This document shows, piece by piece, positions 18,431-29,060 of a stretch of 64,000 nucleotides of DNA; the first letter of the stretch is position 1, and each line of letters begins with the position of its first letter. The DNA is taken from NCBI GenBank assembly GCA_963675245.1, contig OY775910.1, forward strand, positions 1,504,001 through 1,568,000. Direction: 5' to 3'. This stretch comes from Acholeplasmataceae bacterium. GTDB lineage: Bacteria > Bacillota_I > Bacilli_A > Acholeplasmatales > Acholeplasmataceae. The notes beneath the pieces were generated by a model that saw nothing but the letters and a program-made list of their open reading frames with translations, searched no databases and was not told the origin of the DNA. The position numbers and the translations under genes were made by a program.

Positions 18431-19053
18431 ATTCTTGTCTTCTCTAGTCTTGTATATTGTGTTGTCACAACAAACACTTCATAACCACCTTTACTAGACC
18501 GAAACCAAAAAGCATAGTAAGCAGCTACACCATTTGTAATTTTACCTTCACCATAAATATATAAATCAACTTGTGTACCTGGATCTACTTCAATTTTAAG
18601 TTCGTATGTCTCAGTCTTTTTGGTTGTCGACGTATATTCTGCAGAGAGTTTTAGAGATCCTTCTAAATTGTTTTTGAACTTCGCACTTGTGGATGTGGAT
18701 TTAATCCCAATTGACCCTGTAGCAGATAACGATAATCTGGATGTTGAATCTTCTGTTACTTTATAGCTATAAGAAAATGGCGTATATCCATCGTTGTAAT
18801 ATGAAAACACTGTTTCTGTTACATAGCTACACCCAATATCTTTATGGACAGGGTAAACACGCCACCCAAAAAATTTTCTTTTATCGACATTTTTATAATA
18901 TTTTCGATATTCTGCACTCGTAAAATCTGATAATAATTTACCACTATCAATTTCTAATTCCTCGAACGCCTGATAATTTGAGTCAGCATAGACATTCATC
19001 GTTCCTAACAATAAAACACTAAAGCATAATAATGTAAATAATAATTTTCTCAT
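18427..19053 (-). CDS. secreted protein, candidate aerolysin/ETX-MTX2-like beta-pore-forming fold
   Basis: Signal peptide ending VYA|DS; Ser/Thr-rich alternating strands around a hairpin, then EVDPGTQVDL. The ORF is confident; the fold is speculative. Confidence 0.5.
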   Translation of the reverse strand: MRKLLFTLLCFSVLLLGTMNVYADSNYQAFEELEIDSGKLLSDFTSAEYRKYYKNVDKRKFFGWRVYPVHKDIGCSYVTETVFSYYNDGYTPFSYSYKVTEDSTSRLSLSATGSIGIKSTSTSAKFKNNLEGSLKLSAEYTSTTKKTETYELKIEVDPGTQVDLYIYGEGKITNGVAAYYAFWFRSSKGGYEVFVVTTQYTRLEKTRI

Positions 19054-19115
19054 ATTTATTCCTCCACATTATCATAGTGCCATTTAGCAATAATTACTTA
19101 AAAAAAAGAAGCCCG

Positions 19116-20369
19116 TTAGGACTTCTTCATGATTGCTTCTATATCTACGACTTCTTTGATTATATCTTTTGTTAAATTAATTGCCCCATCCTTCGTCACG
19201 ACAATATCATCTTCAATACGGATACCAATCTTTTCTTCTGCAATATATAAGCCTGGTTCTACTGTTAAAATCGCACCTTCAGGAATCGGTTCATGATACA
19301 TACCAACATCATGCACATCTAATCCAAGATAGTGACCTAAGCTATGATAGTAATATTGACTAATGTCATGATCTTCATTAATCAAGCCAAGTTTTTTTGC
19401 TCCTTCAATAAGAATTTGTTTACCATACTCATTAAATTCCTTAAAGGTTACACCAGCTTTAACCCATTCAATGGTTTTCTTGTTTGCTTCTAAAACCACT
19501 TCATAGACGGCTTTTTGACGTTCGTTGAATTTACCATTAGCAGGATAAACTCTTGTGACATCTGAACAGTAATGATCCTTTTCAACACCTAAATCAAATA
19601 AGACTAAATCACCATCGTTAATAACACCATTATTGTCAACATAATGAAGGGTTGTTGCATGTCCACCTGCTGCAGCAATCGTTTTAAATGAAGGTGATGT
19701 ATGAGCTTTATTTAAGACGTAGTTATACTCAGCTTCAATTTCGTATTCAAGCATATCTGGTTTAAGATTATCCATGATACGATCTAATCCATCTTTCGTG
19801 ATAGCAACTGCCTTTTTAATGGCACTAATTTCATCTTCGCTTTTGACCATACGAAGTTTTGCTAGCATTCTTTGACATGGTTTCACTTGCAAATATGGAA
19901 AACCAACTTGTAATTCTTTAGCAAATTGATGTGCCTTTTTATCAGGTGCATCAACCGATAAACGCTCTAAATCAAAATAAGCCGTTTTTAATTCGCCAAA
20001 CAACGCCCGTCTTGAGGTTGATAATAAAGAAGTGATCGTTTCTTTAAGACTATCAATATATAAAATGTTTGATACCTCAAGTTCTGCAATGGTTGCTGCT
20101 TCTTCTTTTTCTAGCGTCTTTCCAGTCCATAATGCTTTAATCGGATCATTTTCTTCAATGAATAAATATGTTTTCGTTTCTAAATCTCCTTTTACCATGA
20201 GTAAAGCGACATTTTCTTGGTCAATACCTGTGAGGTAAAAGAAATTGCGGTCTACTGAAAAAGGAAATGATTCATCGTTAGTTCTAATCAGTGCGCTTCC
20301 TGAAAAACTCAATGTGAATGAGTGATTATCTGCAAATTTAAAATATTGTTCTCTTCGTTGTTTATACAT
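19116..20369 (-). CDS. pepP: Xaa-Pro aminopeptidase (M24B)
   Basis: NFFYLTG N-domain; LHY, DLG, SDVTR, HSLGHYLGLDVHD, TVEPG, IRIEDD. Confidence 0.9.
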   Translation of the reverse strand: MYKQRREQYFKFADNHSFTLSFSGSALIRTNDESFPFSVDRNFFYLTGIDQENVALLMVKGDLETKTYLFIEENDPIKALWTGKTLEKEEAATIAELEVSNILYIDSLKETITSLLSTSRRALFGELKTAYFDLERLSVDAPDKKAHQFAKELQVGFPYLQVKPCQRMLAKLRMVKSEDEISAIKKAVAITKDGLDRIMDNLKPDMLEYEIEAEYNYVLNKAHTSPSFKTIAAAGGHATTLHYVDNNGVINDGDLVLFDLGVEKDHYCSDVTRVYPANGKFNERQKAVYEVVLEANKKTIEWVKAGVTFKEFNEYGKQILIEGAKKLGLINEDHDISQYYYHSLGHYLGLDVHDVGMYHEPIPEGAILTVEPGLYIAEEKIGIRIEDDIVVTKDGAINLTKDIIKEVVDIEAIMKKS

Positions 20370-22039
20370 TATAGTATCTCCTTTAATTTTTCAATATCTT
20401 CAAATATTTTCTGATCAATTGTTTTGATATATATCTCAGCTTCCTCAATTGTCTTTTTCTTTGTGCCATAATAAACTTTAAGTTTAGGTTCGGTGCCACT
20501 TGGTCTAAAGACAATCCATGTGTCATCTTCATAGTTATATTTCATCACATCTAAACGTGGAAATTTACTTTTTTCCTTTATTCCATCAATTACACTGTAA
20601 CCATTTAAGATATCATCATAACCGAGTAAATTTAATCCAAATTTCGGTGGATGCTGTCTAAAGTGTTCAACAATATTTTTGATCAGTTCAACACCTTTAG
20701 AACCAGTTAATGTCAATGAATGTGTATATTCATAATAAGCACCATATTGATCGAAGACATCATTTAGATAATCCATAAGTGTTTTATTTTCAAGTTTTAA
20801 ATGGTTTGCCATTTCAGCTAACATATAAACTGCTTGAACAGCGTCTTTATCTCTTACAAAATCAGCAATTAAACTACCATATGATTCTTCTGCACCGAAC
20901 AAATATGGGTTCTTACCATTATAAATTTCTGCCTGTTCACCTATAAACTTAAACCCAGTTAAAGTCGTTATAACCAATTGGTCAAAATCCTCAGCAATGC
21001 GTTTAATTAAGTTTGTTGTAACATTTGTTGTATAGACATGTCCATCATTTGGTAATTGATGCTTTTTCTTAAGATTTGATAATATGTAATATAATTCTAA
21101 TGCTGCTGTTTGATTACCCGTCAGTCTTATAAATTCATGTTTGTGTTTCACTGCTATACCCAATCGATCTGCATCAGGATCAGTTACCATGACAATATCT
21201 GCATTGATCTCTTTGGCATATTGAATCGTTTTATCATAGGCTTCTGCTTCTTCGGGGTTTGAAGATGATGTATGTGAGAAATTAGGATCGACAATCATCT
21301 GGGGTTGATAAGGGAAAATATCATATCCTTCTGCTTTCAGCAATTTAGGAATAACCGTTCCACCTGTGCCATGTAGTGGAGAATAAACGATTTTTAGTCG
21401 CTTAGGATCATGATTGATTGTGATGTCTTTTACACGTCTTAGATAAACATCGTCAAAAGATTCATCAACGTATTTAATTAACTCATTATCAAGTGTTTCA
21501 ATCGTAAATGGATTACTGATCTTTTCGACTTCAGATATGATGTCATCAGCCACTTCAGGGCTTACTTGAGCCCCTGTTTTATCGTAAGCTTTAAACCCAT
21601 TATAGGCTTTAGGATTATGTGATGCTGTTATCATAATACCGCCATCACAGCGCAACTCTCTGACTGCAAAACTTAGCATCGGTGTTGGTCTAAGTTCTGT
21701 AAACAAATAAGATGGAATACCTTCAAAAGCTAAGACTTTTGCGGCTTCCTTCGCAAACACTTTTGAGTCCTTTCTATTATCATATGAGATAGCTACACCA
21801 TTAAATAAACCATTATTTTTCATAAATTTAGCAAATCCCAATGTTGCTCGTCTAATGGTATAAATGTTGATACGATTTGTACCAACACCCATTAAACCGC
21901 GCATACCACCAGTACCAAAACCAAGATCTGTATAAAACGCATCTTGCTTTTCAGATTCATTTAAATGGTTGATTTCATCTCTAAGTTCATTCGTTAATTG
22001 TTGTTTGTTCCAAAAATCAAATTGTTCTTGGTAAGTCAT
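20369..22039 (-). CDS. pgm: phosphoglucomutase/phosphomannomutase
   Basis: FGTGGMRG, TASHNP, DPDADR, EESYG, RPSGTEPK; start moved to MTYQEQ (SD GAGGTG). Confidence 0.92.
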   Translation of the reverse strand: MTYQEQFDFWNKQQLTNELRDEINHLNESEKQDAFYTDLGFGTGGMRGLMGVGTNRINIYTIRRATLGFAKFMKNNGLFNGVAISYDNRKDSKVFAKEAAKVLAFEGIPSYLFTELRPTPMLSFAVRELRCDGGIMITASHNPKAYNGFKAYDKTGAQVSPEVADDIISEVEKISNPFTIETLDNELIKYVDESFDDVYLRRVKDITINHDPKRLKIVYSPLHGTGGTVIPKLLKAEGYDIFPYQPQMIVDPNFSHTSSSNPEEAEAYDKTIQYAKEINADIVMVTDPDADRLGIAVKHKHEFIRLTGNQTAALELYYILSNLKKKHQLPNDGHVYTTNVTTNLIKRIAEDFDQLVITTLTGFKFIGEQAEIYNGKNPYLFGAEESYGSLIADFVRDKDAVQAVYMLAEMANHLKLENKTLMDYLNDVFDQYGAYYEYTHSLTLTGSKGVELIKNIVEHFRQHPPKFGLNLLGYDDILNGYSVIDGIKEKSKFPRLDVMKYNYEDDTWIVFRPSGTEPKLKVYYGTKKKTIEEAEIYIKTIDQKIFEDIEKLKEIL

Positions 22040-22095
22040 GGAATCACCTCTATACCATCTATTATACAAAAAAATGACCATAAGGTCATTTCTTT

Positions 22096-22839
22096 TTAAG
22101 TATTCTTATAAAAGATTTTTAGTAATCCCTTCAAAGTCAAGTCATCATCTCTAGTAGCTTCTTCTCTACATAATGGTGCAATCTTTTCTGATAGACCACC
22201 TGTTAAGATCACTTTAAATGATTCATTCACTTCATCTTTAATACGTGAAATCATGCCATCTACTTCAGCTGCCACCCCATATGTGACACCAGATTGCATG
22301 CAATGAATGGTGTTTGTTCCTAAAACTTTTTTAGGCACTTCTATATCAATATCTGGAAGTAAAGCCGTATTACCGACTAACGCTTTGATTGAAATGTTAA
22401 CACCTGGGCTAATAACGACCCCTTTAATGGTTTTATTTTTAACATAAATATACTTAACAGCTGTACCTAAATCAACGACTAATGCAGACATTAAATCATC
22501 ATCCACACCGGCTGCATCACAAATCAAATCAGCACCAACTTCTCTTGGATGATCTGTTTTGATATTGATACCTGTTTTAATACCTGGACCTACGATTAAC
22601 GGTTCAACTCCAGTATGTTTTAATGATATTTCTCTTAATTTTTCAGTAATTCTAGGAACAACCGAAGAAATAGCAACATGTTTAATATCACTAAACTCAA
22701 ACAAACTTTTCATATCAATATAATATTGATCAGCTGTTTTAATCACATCGGTATTCAATCTGTAGACGTCGATGATTTTAAACCCATCAGATAAACCGAT
22801 CGTTACATTTGTATTTCCTACGTCAAATAATAAAATCAT
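22096..22839 (-). CDS. coaX: type III pantothenate kinase
   Basis: DVGNT, SSVVP, GAD, VDLGTA, TGG. Confidence 0.93.
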   Translation of the reverse strand: MILLFDVGNTNVTIGLSDGFKIIDVYRLNTDVIKTADQYYIDMKSLFEFSDIKHVAISSVVPRITEKLREISLKHTGVEPLIVGPGIKTGINIKTDHPREVGADLICDAAGVDDDLMSALVVDLGTAVKYIYVKNKTIKGVVISPGVNISIKALVGNTALLPDIDIEVPKKVLGTNTIHCMQSGVTYGVAAEVDGMISRIKDEVNESFKVILTGGLSEKIAPLCREEATRDDDLTLKGLLKIFYKNT

Positions 22840-22849
22840 AAAAGTACCT

Positions 22850-23611
22850 CTACTTATTCATAACCTTCTCTAAACCATATAGTATTGGCGTACCAATTAG
22901 TACTGCTAAAACGGCTTCAATGAGGCCATTTGTTACAGTTGTCGTATAGATAACATTCACAAGATTTTCTGCAGGTACATACTGTGTAACAAAATCGTAG
23001 CTAAAAACTGCTAAAGATACTAAAACCACGACAGTATGAAAGATGGTACTTAAAAGGAATGTCGCAGGAATAATGGTGCGTCTACTATCATTGTGCTTAA
23101 TAAAAGCATAATAAGCAGTCAGTACAAACCCAATAAGCACTAAGATGACTGGTATAAACCAGGCTTCATTCCAACCTGCTTGATCAATAATCACTCTGCC
23201 TGCATAATATACTGCAAAAAGCGTTAATAAACTAACAAATCCAAAAATATAAACATCAGGATTTTTAATTTTTCGCTCAATTAACTTAAATAGTTCAAAT
23301 AACCAAGCTGCAGCAACTGCAAACGCAACACGAGGTAGTACAGAAACTAACGGGTTAACAAAAGCGGGGTCAAGTATACCAACAGGTGCTGTAGTCGCTT
23401 TAACAAGCGATCCTAAACCAAAAACTAATCCTAAAATCCAACTATATCTTTTTGGTAACAAAAAAACGCCAATTAAAACCGGAATATGAATCAATGTCAT
23501 TGACAGTGGACCAAAGGTAATATAACCAATCTGTGGGACAAATGTCATTAGCAATATAATTGCTGAAAAAACCGATAATAATGTTAACGTCTGTAAATCA
23601 TTCTTCTTCAT
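22850..23611 (-). CDS. ECF transporter S component, probably pantothenate-specific (PanT-like)
   Basis: GYI...TLIHIPVLIG, FVNPLVSVLPR and TNGLIEA motifs; co-oriented upstream of coaX. Confidence 0.8.
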   Translation of the reverse strand: MKKNDLQTLTLLSVFSAIILLMTFVPQIGYITFGPLSMTLIHIPVLIGVFLLPKRYSWILGLVFGLGSLVKATTAPVGILDPAFVNPLVSVLPRVAFAVAAAWLFELFKLIERKIKNPDVYIFGFVSLLTLFAVYYAGRVIIDQAGWNEAWFIPVILVLIGFVLTAYYAFIKHNDSRRTIIPATFLLSTIFHTVVVLVSLAVFSYDFVTQYVPAENLVNVIYTTTVTNGLIEAVLAVLIGTPILYGLEKVMNK

Positions 23612-23721
23612 TTTTTTCTCCTTTTTAAGCCCAAATGGGTCTCATAAGTTACTTTTATTATACCTTGATATGATCAAACTAACAAGCATAAAGATAACGC
23701 CACATATCTGCGGCGTTCACT

Positions 23722-24564
23722 TTAATCAATATATGCACCCCAAGGGCTATTATCTGGATCAGTATAGACGCGATTTCCACGATTTAAATCATCAATCATG
23801 TTCACTTCTTCTTTTGAGAGTTTAATGTTTTGTGCATCGTAGTTTTCTTTAATTCGTTTTGGAGTGACAGATTTTGGAATCATAATGATGCCACGAGCTA
23901 ATCCCCAAGCAATGACGATTTGAGCGATTGATGCGTGATGACGATTAGCAATTGGTGCTAGTACATCTGCATATCGACCTTCAAATATGCCACCTTTCAT
24001 AAAAGGACCATAAGATTCAATCGCAATCCCTTTCTTATCAAGATATGCTTTTAGTGGTACTTGACTTAAACCAGGGTGAAGTTCTACTTGATTCACCATC
24101 GGTAAAATGTTTGCATGTGTCATTAAATCTTCAATCATATGAATCTGGAAATTAGATATACCAATGGCACGACATTTCCCCTCTTGATACAAAGATTCGA
24201 AATATGCCCATGTTTCACGATTGATTTTAGGATTATGATTTGGCCAATGTATCAAGTACAAATCAACATAGTCTGTTTGAAGTTTATCAAGTGAATCTTG
24301 AAAAGCTTTTTTCATGTGTTCTAAATTCATATGTCTCGCTTGTTTTGTCGTAATCCATATATCTTCTCTTTTAACATTTGAATCCTTAATGGCTTGACCA
24401 ACGGATTCTTCATTACCATACATTTGTGCAGTATCTATATGGCGATAACCAATTTCTAATGCATATTTGACTGTATTATAGGCACTTTCACCCTCTTTAA
24501 CTAAAAATGTCCCTAATCCAAATTGTGGCATTTCAATATTGTTATAAAGTTTAATTTTATTCAT
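23722..24564 (-). CDS. aldo/keto reductase
   Basis: GLGT, GYRHIDTAQMY, DLYLIHWP, IGISNF, NQVELHP, IPKS; start moved to MNKIK. Confidence 0.93.
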   Translation of the reverse strand: MNKIKLYNNIEMPQFGLGTFLVKEGESAYNTVKYALEIGYRHIDTAQMYGNEESVGQAIKDSNVKREDIWITTKQARHMNLEHMKKAFQDSLDKLQTDYVDLYLIHWPNHNPKINRETWAYFESLYQEGKCRAIGISNFQIHMIEDLMTHANILPMVNQVELHPGLSQVPLKAYLDKKGIAIESYGPFMKGGIFEGRYADVLAPIANRHHASIAQIVIAWGLARGIIMIPKSVTPKRIKENYDAQNIKLSKEEVNMIDDLNRGNRVYTDPDNSPWGAYID

Positions 24565-24645
24565 GTGTTTCTCCTCACTTATCGTTTTATCACTTTTATT
24601 ATATTGCGATATAAATATATAAACAAGAAAAAAGGCCATTAGCCT

Positions 24646-25701
24646 TTATTCGTTTTCAATTAATTCTCTAATTTTTAGAGGTGTTAAGTCATTTAAGACT
24701 GCAAATAGCATCTTTCTTGCATGATCCAAATCAGAAAGGTCCATCATTGCTGCTGTTGAATGAATATATCTTGCAGGTAACCCAATAGTCGTTGACAAGA
24801 TACCTTCATGCATCGAGAATGCTTTCGCTGCATCCGTGCCACCTTTAGATATATAATCTTGTGCTTTGATATCATATTTTTTTGCTAATTGTCTGAAATA
24901 TGCGAGTAATGATGCAGGCATGATATTTTTAGGATCATAGACTCTTAATAGGCATCCACCACCGAGTTTAGCAAGTGATTCTTTATCCAGCATATCATTG
25001 ACTGGACTTGCATCAAGCGCTATAAAGACATCTGGTTTTATTTTATTAATTGCTGTTTCTGCACCACGTAATCCAACTTCTTCCTGAACAGTAGCACCAA
25101 AAGCGATATGAAATGGAAGATCAACATCATTAAAAGCTTCAATGGCATCCAACGCTAAGCCACATCCATAACGATTATCAATTGCTTTTGAAATAACTTT
25201 TCGTTTGTCATATGTGTATGCAAATGGATTATCAAATAACACCATGTCACCGATTTGAACACCAGCATTGATAACGTCTTCTTTTGATGATGCACCGATA
25301 TCCAATCTTAATGCTTCAATGGTTAACTTTTGTTCTGTCTTCAAGTGAGGTGGAATAGCCCCTATAACGCCTTTGATAACACCATTGGTCGTATAGACGT
25401 TCATGACTTGTGAAATAAATACTTCACCATTTAAACCACCTGCATTAATCACTTTTAAAAGACCCAATGATGTGATGCCAGAAACAATTAATCCTACTTC
25501 ATCTTGATGTCCAGCAACCATAACTGTAGGTGCGTTTGGATCTTTTGCTTTTTTATATGCAAAAATAGATCCAAGATTATCAGTAACGATATCATATGAT
25601 GGGTATTTTTCCATAAATGCTCTCATATATTTTTTAATTGCTTGTTCATGCCCAGAAGTACCAGCAATCATCATTAAATCTTTATAGTGTGTTGGCAACA
25701 T
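24646..25701 (-). CDS. M42 family aminopeptidase
   Basis: AGHQDEVG, KAIDNR, VQEEVGLRGA, GGTDA, RYIHS. Confidence 0.9.
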   Translation of the reverse strand: MLPTHYKDLMMIAGTSGHEQAIKKYMRAFMEKYPSYDIVTDNLGSIFAYKKAKDPNAPTVMVAGHQDEVGLIVSGITSLGLLKVINAGGLNGEVFISQVMNVYTTNGVIKGVIGAIPPHLKTEQKLTIEALRLDIGASSKEDVINAGVQIGDMVLFDNPFAYTYDKRKVISKAIDNRYGCGLALDAIEAFNDVDLPFHIAFGATVQEEVGLRGAETAINKIKPDVFIALDASPVNDMLDKESLAKLGGGCLLRVYDPKNIMPASLLAYFRQLAKKYDIKAQDYISKGGTDAAKAFSMHEGILSTTIGLPARYIHSTAAMMDLSDLDHARKMLFAVLNDLTPLKIRELIENE

Positions 25702-26296
25702 GTTTTTTCTTTCCTTTCAATTGATAAATAGGTCCAATTTTTCTCTTTTTAACTTCATATTCAGTCATATACTTTGTAACATCTAAATTTCTATTGATAT
25801 CATAAATTTCAAAAGCAGTTGATAATGTATCAATCGAATCATTGAAAAAATTTATATGATCTGTTCTAAACTGCAAGATACCATTATCATTTAAAATAGA
25901 CGTATATAATGGTAGAAATGATTCTGCAGTTAAGCGTCTTTTATGGTGTTTTGTTTTTGGCCACGGATCAGAAAAATTTAAGTATATCACATCGACTTTT
26001 CTATGAGCCATATAATCACTTAAATGAATTGCATCGCCTAAAATGATTGTCAAGTTTTCAATATTTAAATTTTCTTTTTTTTCAAGCATCCGATAACAAA
26101 CATATTTATTTTTTTCTATCGCAATGAAATGTGTCTCTTTATGATCAAGTGCTAGACTCGTAATAAAGTCTCCTTTACCACTACCAATTTCAATTTCCAA
26201 ACGTTTATTTGGCAACTGAATGGCATGTATATCAGTTATAACACCTCTTGTTTTAAGGCGTGTTTCATCGACACCTTTAATTCTTTTTTGTCTCAT
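25682..26296 (-). CDS. trmB: tRNA (guanine-N7)-methyltransferase
   Basis: EIGSGKG, NFSDPWPK..HHKRRL, RTD, TEYE. Confidence 0.95.
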   Translation of the reverse strand: MRQKRIKGVDETRLKTRGVITDIHAIQLPNKRLEIEIGSGKGDFITSLALDHKETHFIAIEKNKYVCYRMLEKKENLNIENLTIILGDAIHLSDYMAHRKVDVIYLNFSDPWPKTKHHKRRLTAESFLPLYTSILNDNGILQFRTDHINFFNDSIDTLSTAFEIYDINRNLDVTKYMTEYEVKKRKIGPIYQLKGKKKHVANTL

Positions 26297-26315
26297 GAAT
26301 TACCTCTTTAAAGAT

Positions 26316-26340
26316 AAAAAGTGGTATCCACCACTTTTTT
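26316..26340. terminator. terminator after ptsH
   Basis: AAAAAGTGGT-ATCC-ACCACTTTTT. Confidence 0.7.
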
Positions 26341-26608
26341 ATCCTAATCGACCAAGTCCTTCTGTAATAATGAAATCAGAAAGTGCTTTAATGGCTTCTT
26401 CAGCATCCGGACCATCTGCATTTACACGAACCTCTTCACCCTTATAAATACCGAGTGACATAAGTCCCATAATTGATTTTAGATTAACAGTTTTACCCAT
26501 TGCATCTAATCTGATGTCAGATTGAAAGCTCATAGCGAGATTGACTAGCCTTGTTGCAGGTCGTGCGTGAATCCCATATTCAGATGTAATGAAGAATGAT
26601 TGTTCCAT
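26339..26608 (-). CDS. ptsH: phosphocarrier protein HPr
   Basis: GIHARPA (His15 site) and NLKSIMGLMSL (Ser46 site). Confidence 0.95.
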   Translation of the reverse strand: MEQSFFITSEYGIHARPATRLVNLAMSFQSDIRLDAMGKTVNLKSIMGLMSLGIYKGEEVRVNADGPDAEEAIKALSDFIITEGLGRLG

Positions 26609-26968
26609 TCATCGTTCCTCTTTTCTTTGAGTTTTAATATGATTAAGCAGACGATCGCCTTGTTCGTGTATTAATAGTGTGATCCTTTGATTATTTAGAA
26701 AAGCTGATATAGCTAGTGCTTTAAGTTTATTAACATCAACTTTATTTGGTTCTTTTAATTCAATTTGAATACGTTTGTGTTCTTTTTTAGCATTGATGAT
26801 ATTTGAGATATCGCCTAATGCTTCTAAAATGTTTTTAATGTAATCATCATCGGGTATTGGTTCTCTACGTTTCTTTTCCCAAAAGATATAAAAGATGATA
26901 ATGACAATAACAACTAGAGCTAATATAACATACGGCAAGAGTTCAATAAATGTGTTAAGTATAGGCAT
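26609..26968 (-). CDS. membrane-anchored PTS EIIB-like protein lacking the phospho-Cys
   Basis: One TM helix, then ILEALGD..NI....R..I.LK.P.KVD...LKAL (glucose-family EIIB pattern); no Cys in the protein. Start moved to MPILN (SD GGAGG). Confidence 0.65.
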   Translation of the reverse strand: MPILNTFIELLPYVILALVVIVIIIFYIFWEKKRREPIPDDDYIKNILEALGDISNIINAKKEHKRIQIELKEPNKVDVNKLKALAISAFLNNQRITLLIHEQGDRLLNHIKTQRKEER

Positions 26969-27029
26969 CTTTAAACCTCCGTTACTTTGATTATATAGAT
27001 TTTGCATTCATTTTTCAATCTATAACGTA

Positions 27030-28046
27030 CTATTTTATAAACATCGAGTCTCCAAAGGAGAAAAAACGATAGTTATTTTCAACTGCTAAACGATATGCCT
27101 TTCTGATAAAATCAGTTTCTGCGAAAGCAGACACTAACATTAAAAGCGTGGATTTAGGTAGGTGAAAGTTGGTAATCAGATGATCAACTGCTTTAAATTG
27201 ATACCCAGGATAGATAAATATATCAGTTTCAAATGACCCCGCATGAAACTTACCATCATAATTAGATTCTAATGTTCTCATAGAAGTCGTACCAACCGCC
27301 ACAATGTGTCTACCACTTTGTTTTGCTCTATTTAAGGCATCAGCAGATGATTGACTGATGGTATAAGCTTCTTTATGCATGTGATGTGCTTCAACTGTAT
27401 CAACTTGAACTGGTCTAAACGTACCAAGCCCAATGGTGAGTGTCACAGATATAATATCAATACCTTTAGATTTGATTTGTTCTAATAAATCGGGTGTGAA
27501 ATGTAATCCTGCTGTTGGGGCTGCGGCACTACCAGGATGTTCAGCGTAGACTGTTTGATACCGGCTTTGATCTTTTAATTGTTCAGTGATATAAGGGGGT
27601 AGTGGCATAGTACCTAATGCTTCTAGGACTTCCATGAAAATACCATCATAAGACATTTTATAATGTCTGATACCCTCTTCTCCAATATCAATACATTCTG
27701 CTTTCAATTGGTTGCCAAATGAGATAACAGTACCGATTTTGACACGTTTTGCTGGTTTTGTTAATGCTTCCCACTCATCATGACCAAGGGGTTTTAGCAG
27801 TAATACTTCAATGGCTGCTTTTGTTTCATCCTTTTCACCTAAAAGGCGTGCAGGAATCACTTTTGTATCATTAATAACGAGTACATCATCACTGTTAAGT
27901 TCATCGATAATATTATAAAAATGATGATGACTCATCATTTTTGTTTCTCTATTCAAGATCATTAATCGTGACTGATCCCTTTTTTGAGCAGGATGCTGAG
28001 CGATTAACGCTTTAGGTAGGTGGAAATCAAAATCACTAACTCGCAT
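27030..28046 (-). CDS. queA: S-adenosylmethionine:tRNA ribosyltransferase-isomerase
   Basis: [50 protein letters not shown]; start moved to MRVSDF. Confidence 0.95.
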   Translation of the reverse strand: MRVSDFDFHLPKALIAQHPAQKRDQSRLMILNRETKMMSHHHFYNIIDELNSDDVLVINDTKVIPARLLGEKDETKAAIEVLLLKPLGHDEWEALTKPAKRVKIGTVISFGNQLKAECIDIGEEGIRHYKMSYDGIFMEVLEALGTMPLPPYITEQLKDQSRYQTVYAEHPGSAAAPTAGLHFTPDLLEQIKSKGIDIISVTLTIGLGTFRPVQVDTVEAHHMHKEAYTISQSSADALNRAKQSGRHIVAVGTTSMRTLESNYDGKFHAGSFETDIFIYPGYQFKAVDHLITNFHLPKSTLLMLVSAFAETDFIRKAYRLAVENNYRFFSFGDSMFIK

Positions 28047-29052
28047 TGTCAAATAATCCTTTATAATAAGTGACACCCAATGCATCATAAGCTTTTTGTG
28101 TTGCTACTCTGCCTCTTGGTGTTCTTCTGATATAACCTTCCATCATTAAGTAAGGTTCATAAACATCTTCTACAGTTGTTATTTCTTCTGCAATTGATGT
28201 AGCAATCGTCTCAATTCCGACAGGACCACCATTAAATTTATCAACAATCGCTTTTAGATATCGATAATCTGTGTGATCAAGCCCATTAATATCAATACCG
28301 AGTTTAGATAAAGCAAGGTCAGTAATTTCCTTTGTCACGATACCATCACCGATAATTTCAGCAAAATCTCTGACTCTTCTAAATAATCTATTTGCAATTC
28401 TTGGTGTCCCTCTTGATCTTCTAGCTAAGCTAATAACAGCAGGTTCTTCAATTTCATTTTGATAAACACCGGCTGTTCTTCTGACAATCTTTTCAAGATC
28501 TTCTGGTCCGTAATAATTCAACCTGAAAACGACACCAAAACGATCTCTTAGTGGGGCTGATAAATCACCAAATCGTGTGGTTGCACCAATGAGTGTAAAA
28601 GGTGGTAAGTCTATTCTAATGCTTCTAGATTCTGAATCTTTACCAATCACAATATCTAAAACGTAGTCTTCCATTGCTGCATATAGAACTTCTTCAACAA
28701 CTCTCGGTAATCGGTGTATTTCATCAATAAAAAGAACATCTCCAGGATTGAGTGAACTTAAAACAGCAGCTAAATCACCACTTCGTTCTATTGCAGGACC
28801 AGAGGTAACCTTAATATTCACATCTAACTCATTAGCAACAATTTGTGCTAATGTCGTTTTTCCGAGACCTGGTGGACCATATAACAACATATGATCAAGC
28901 GCTTCTTTTCTTTTTAAAGCAGCTTTAATATAAATATCTAAGACTTCTTTGATTTGATCTTGTCCCACATATTGAGAAAGTAACTGCGGACGTAGGGATT
29001 GATCTTCATCTTCCTTAATCGACATCGCAGTAACAATACGTTCTTTATCCAT
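28036..29052 (-). CDS. ruvB: Holliday junction branch migration helicase
   Basis: [29 protein letters not shown]. Confidence 0.97.
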   Translation of the reverse strand: MDKERIVTAMSIKEDEDQSLRPQLLSQYVGQDQIKEVLDIYIKAALKRKEALDHMLLYGPPGLGKTTLAQIVANELDVNIKVTSGPAIERSGDLAAVLSSLNPGDVLFIDEIHRLPRVVEEVLYAAMEDYVLDIVIGKDSESRSIRIDLPPFTLIGATTRFGDLSAPLRDRFGVVFRLNYYGPEDLEKIVRRTAGVYQNEIEEPAVISLARRSRGTPRIANRLFRRVRDFAEIIGDGIVTKEITDLALSKLGIDINGLDHTDYRYLKAIVDKFNGGPVGIETIATSIAEEITTVEDVYEPYLMMEGYIRRTPRGRVATQKAYDALGVTYYKGLFDNAS

Positions 29053-29060
29053 GAGACCTC

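Noticed and set aside
23612..23670. Possible regulatory RNA before panT-coaX (small CCCA-TT-TGGG hairpin)
   Set aside because: The leader is very short and the hairpin is too small to assign to a known motif.
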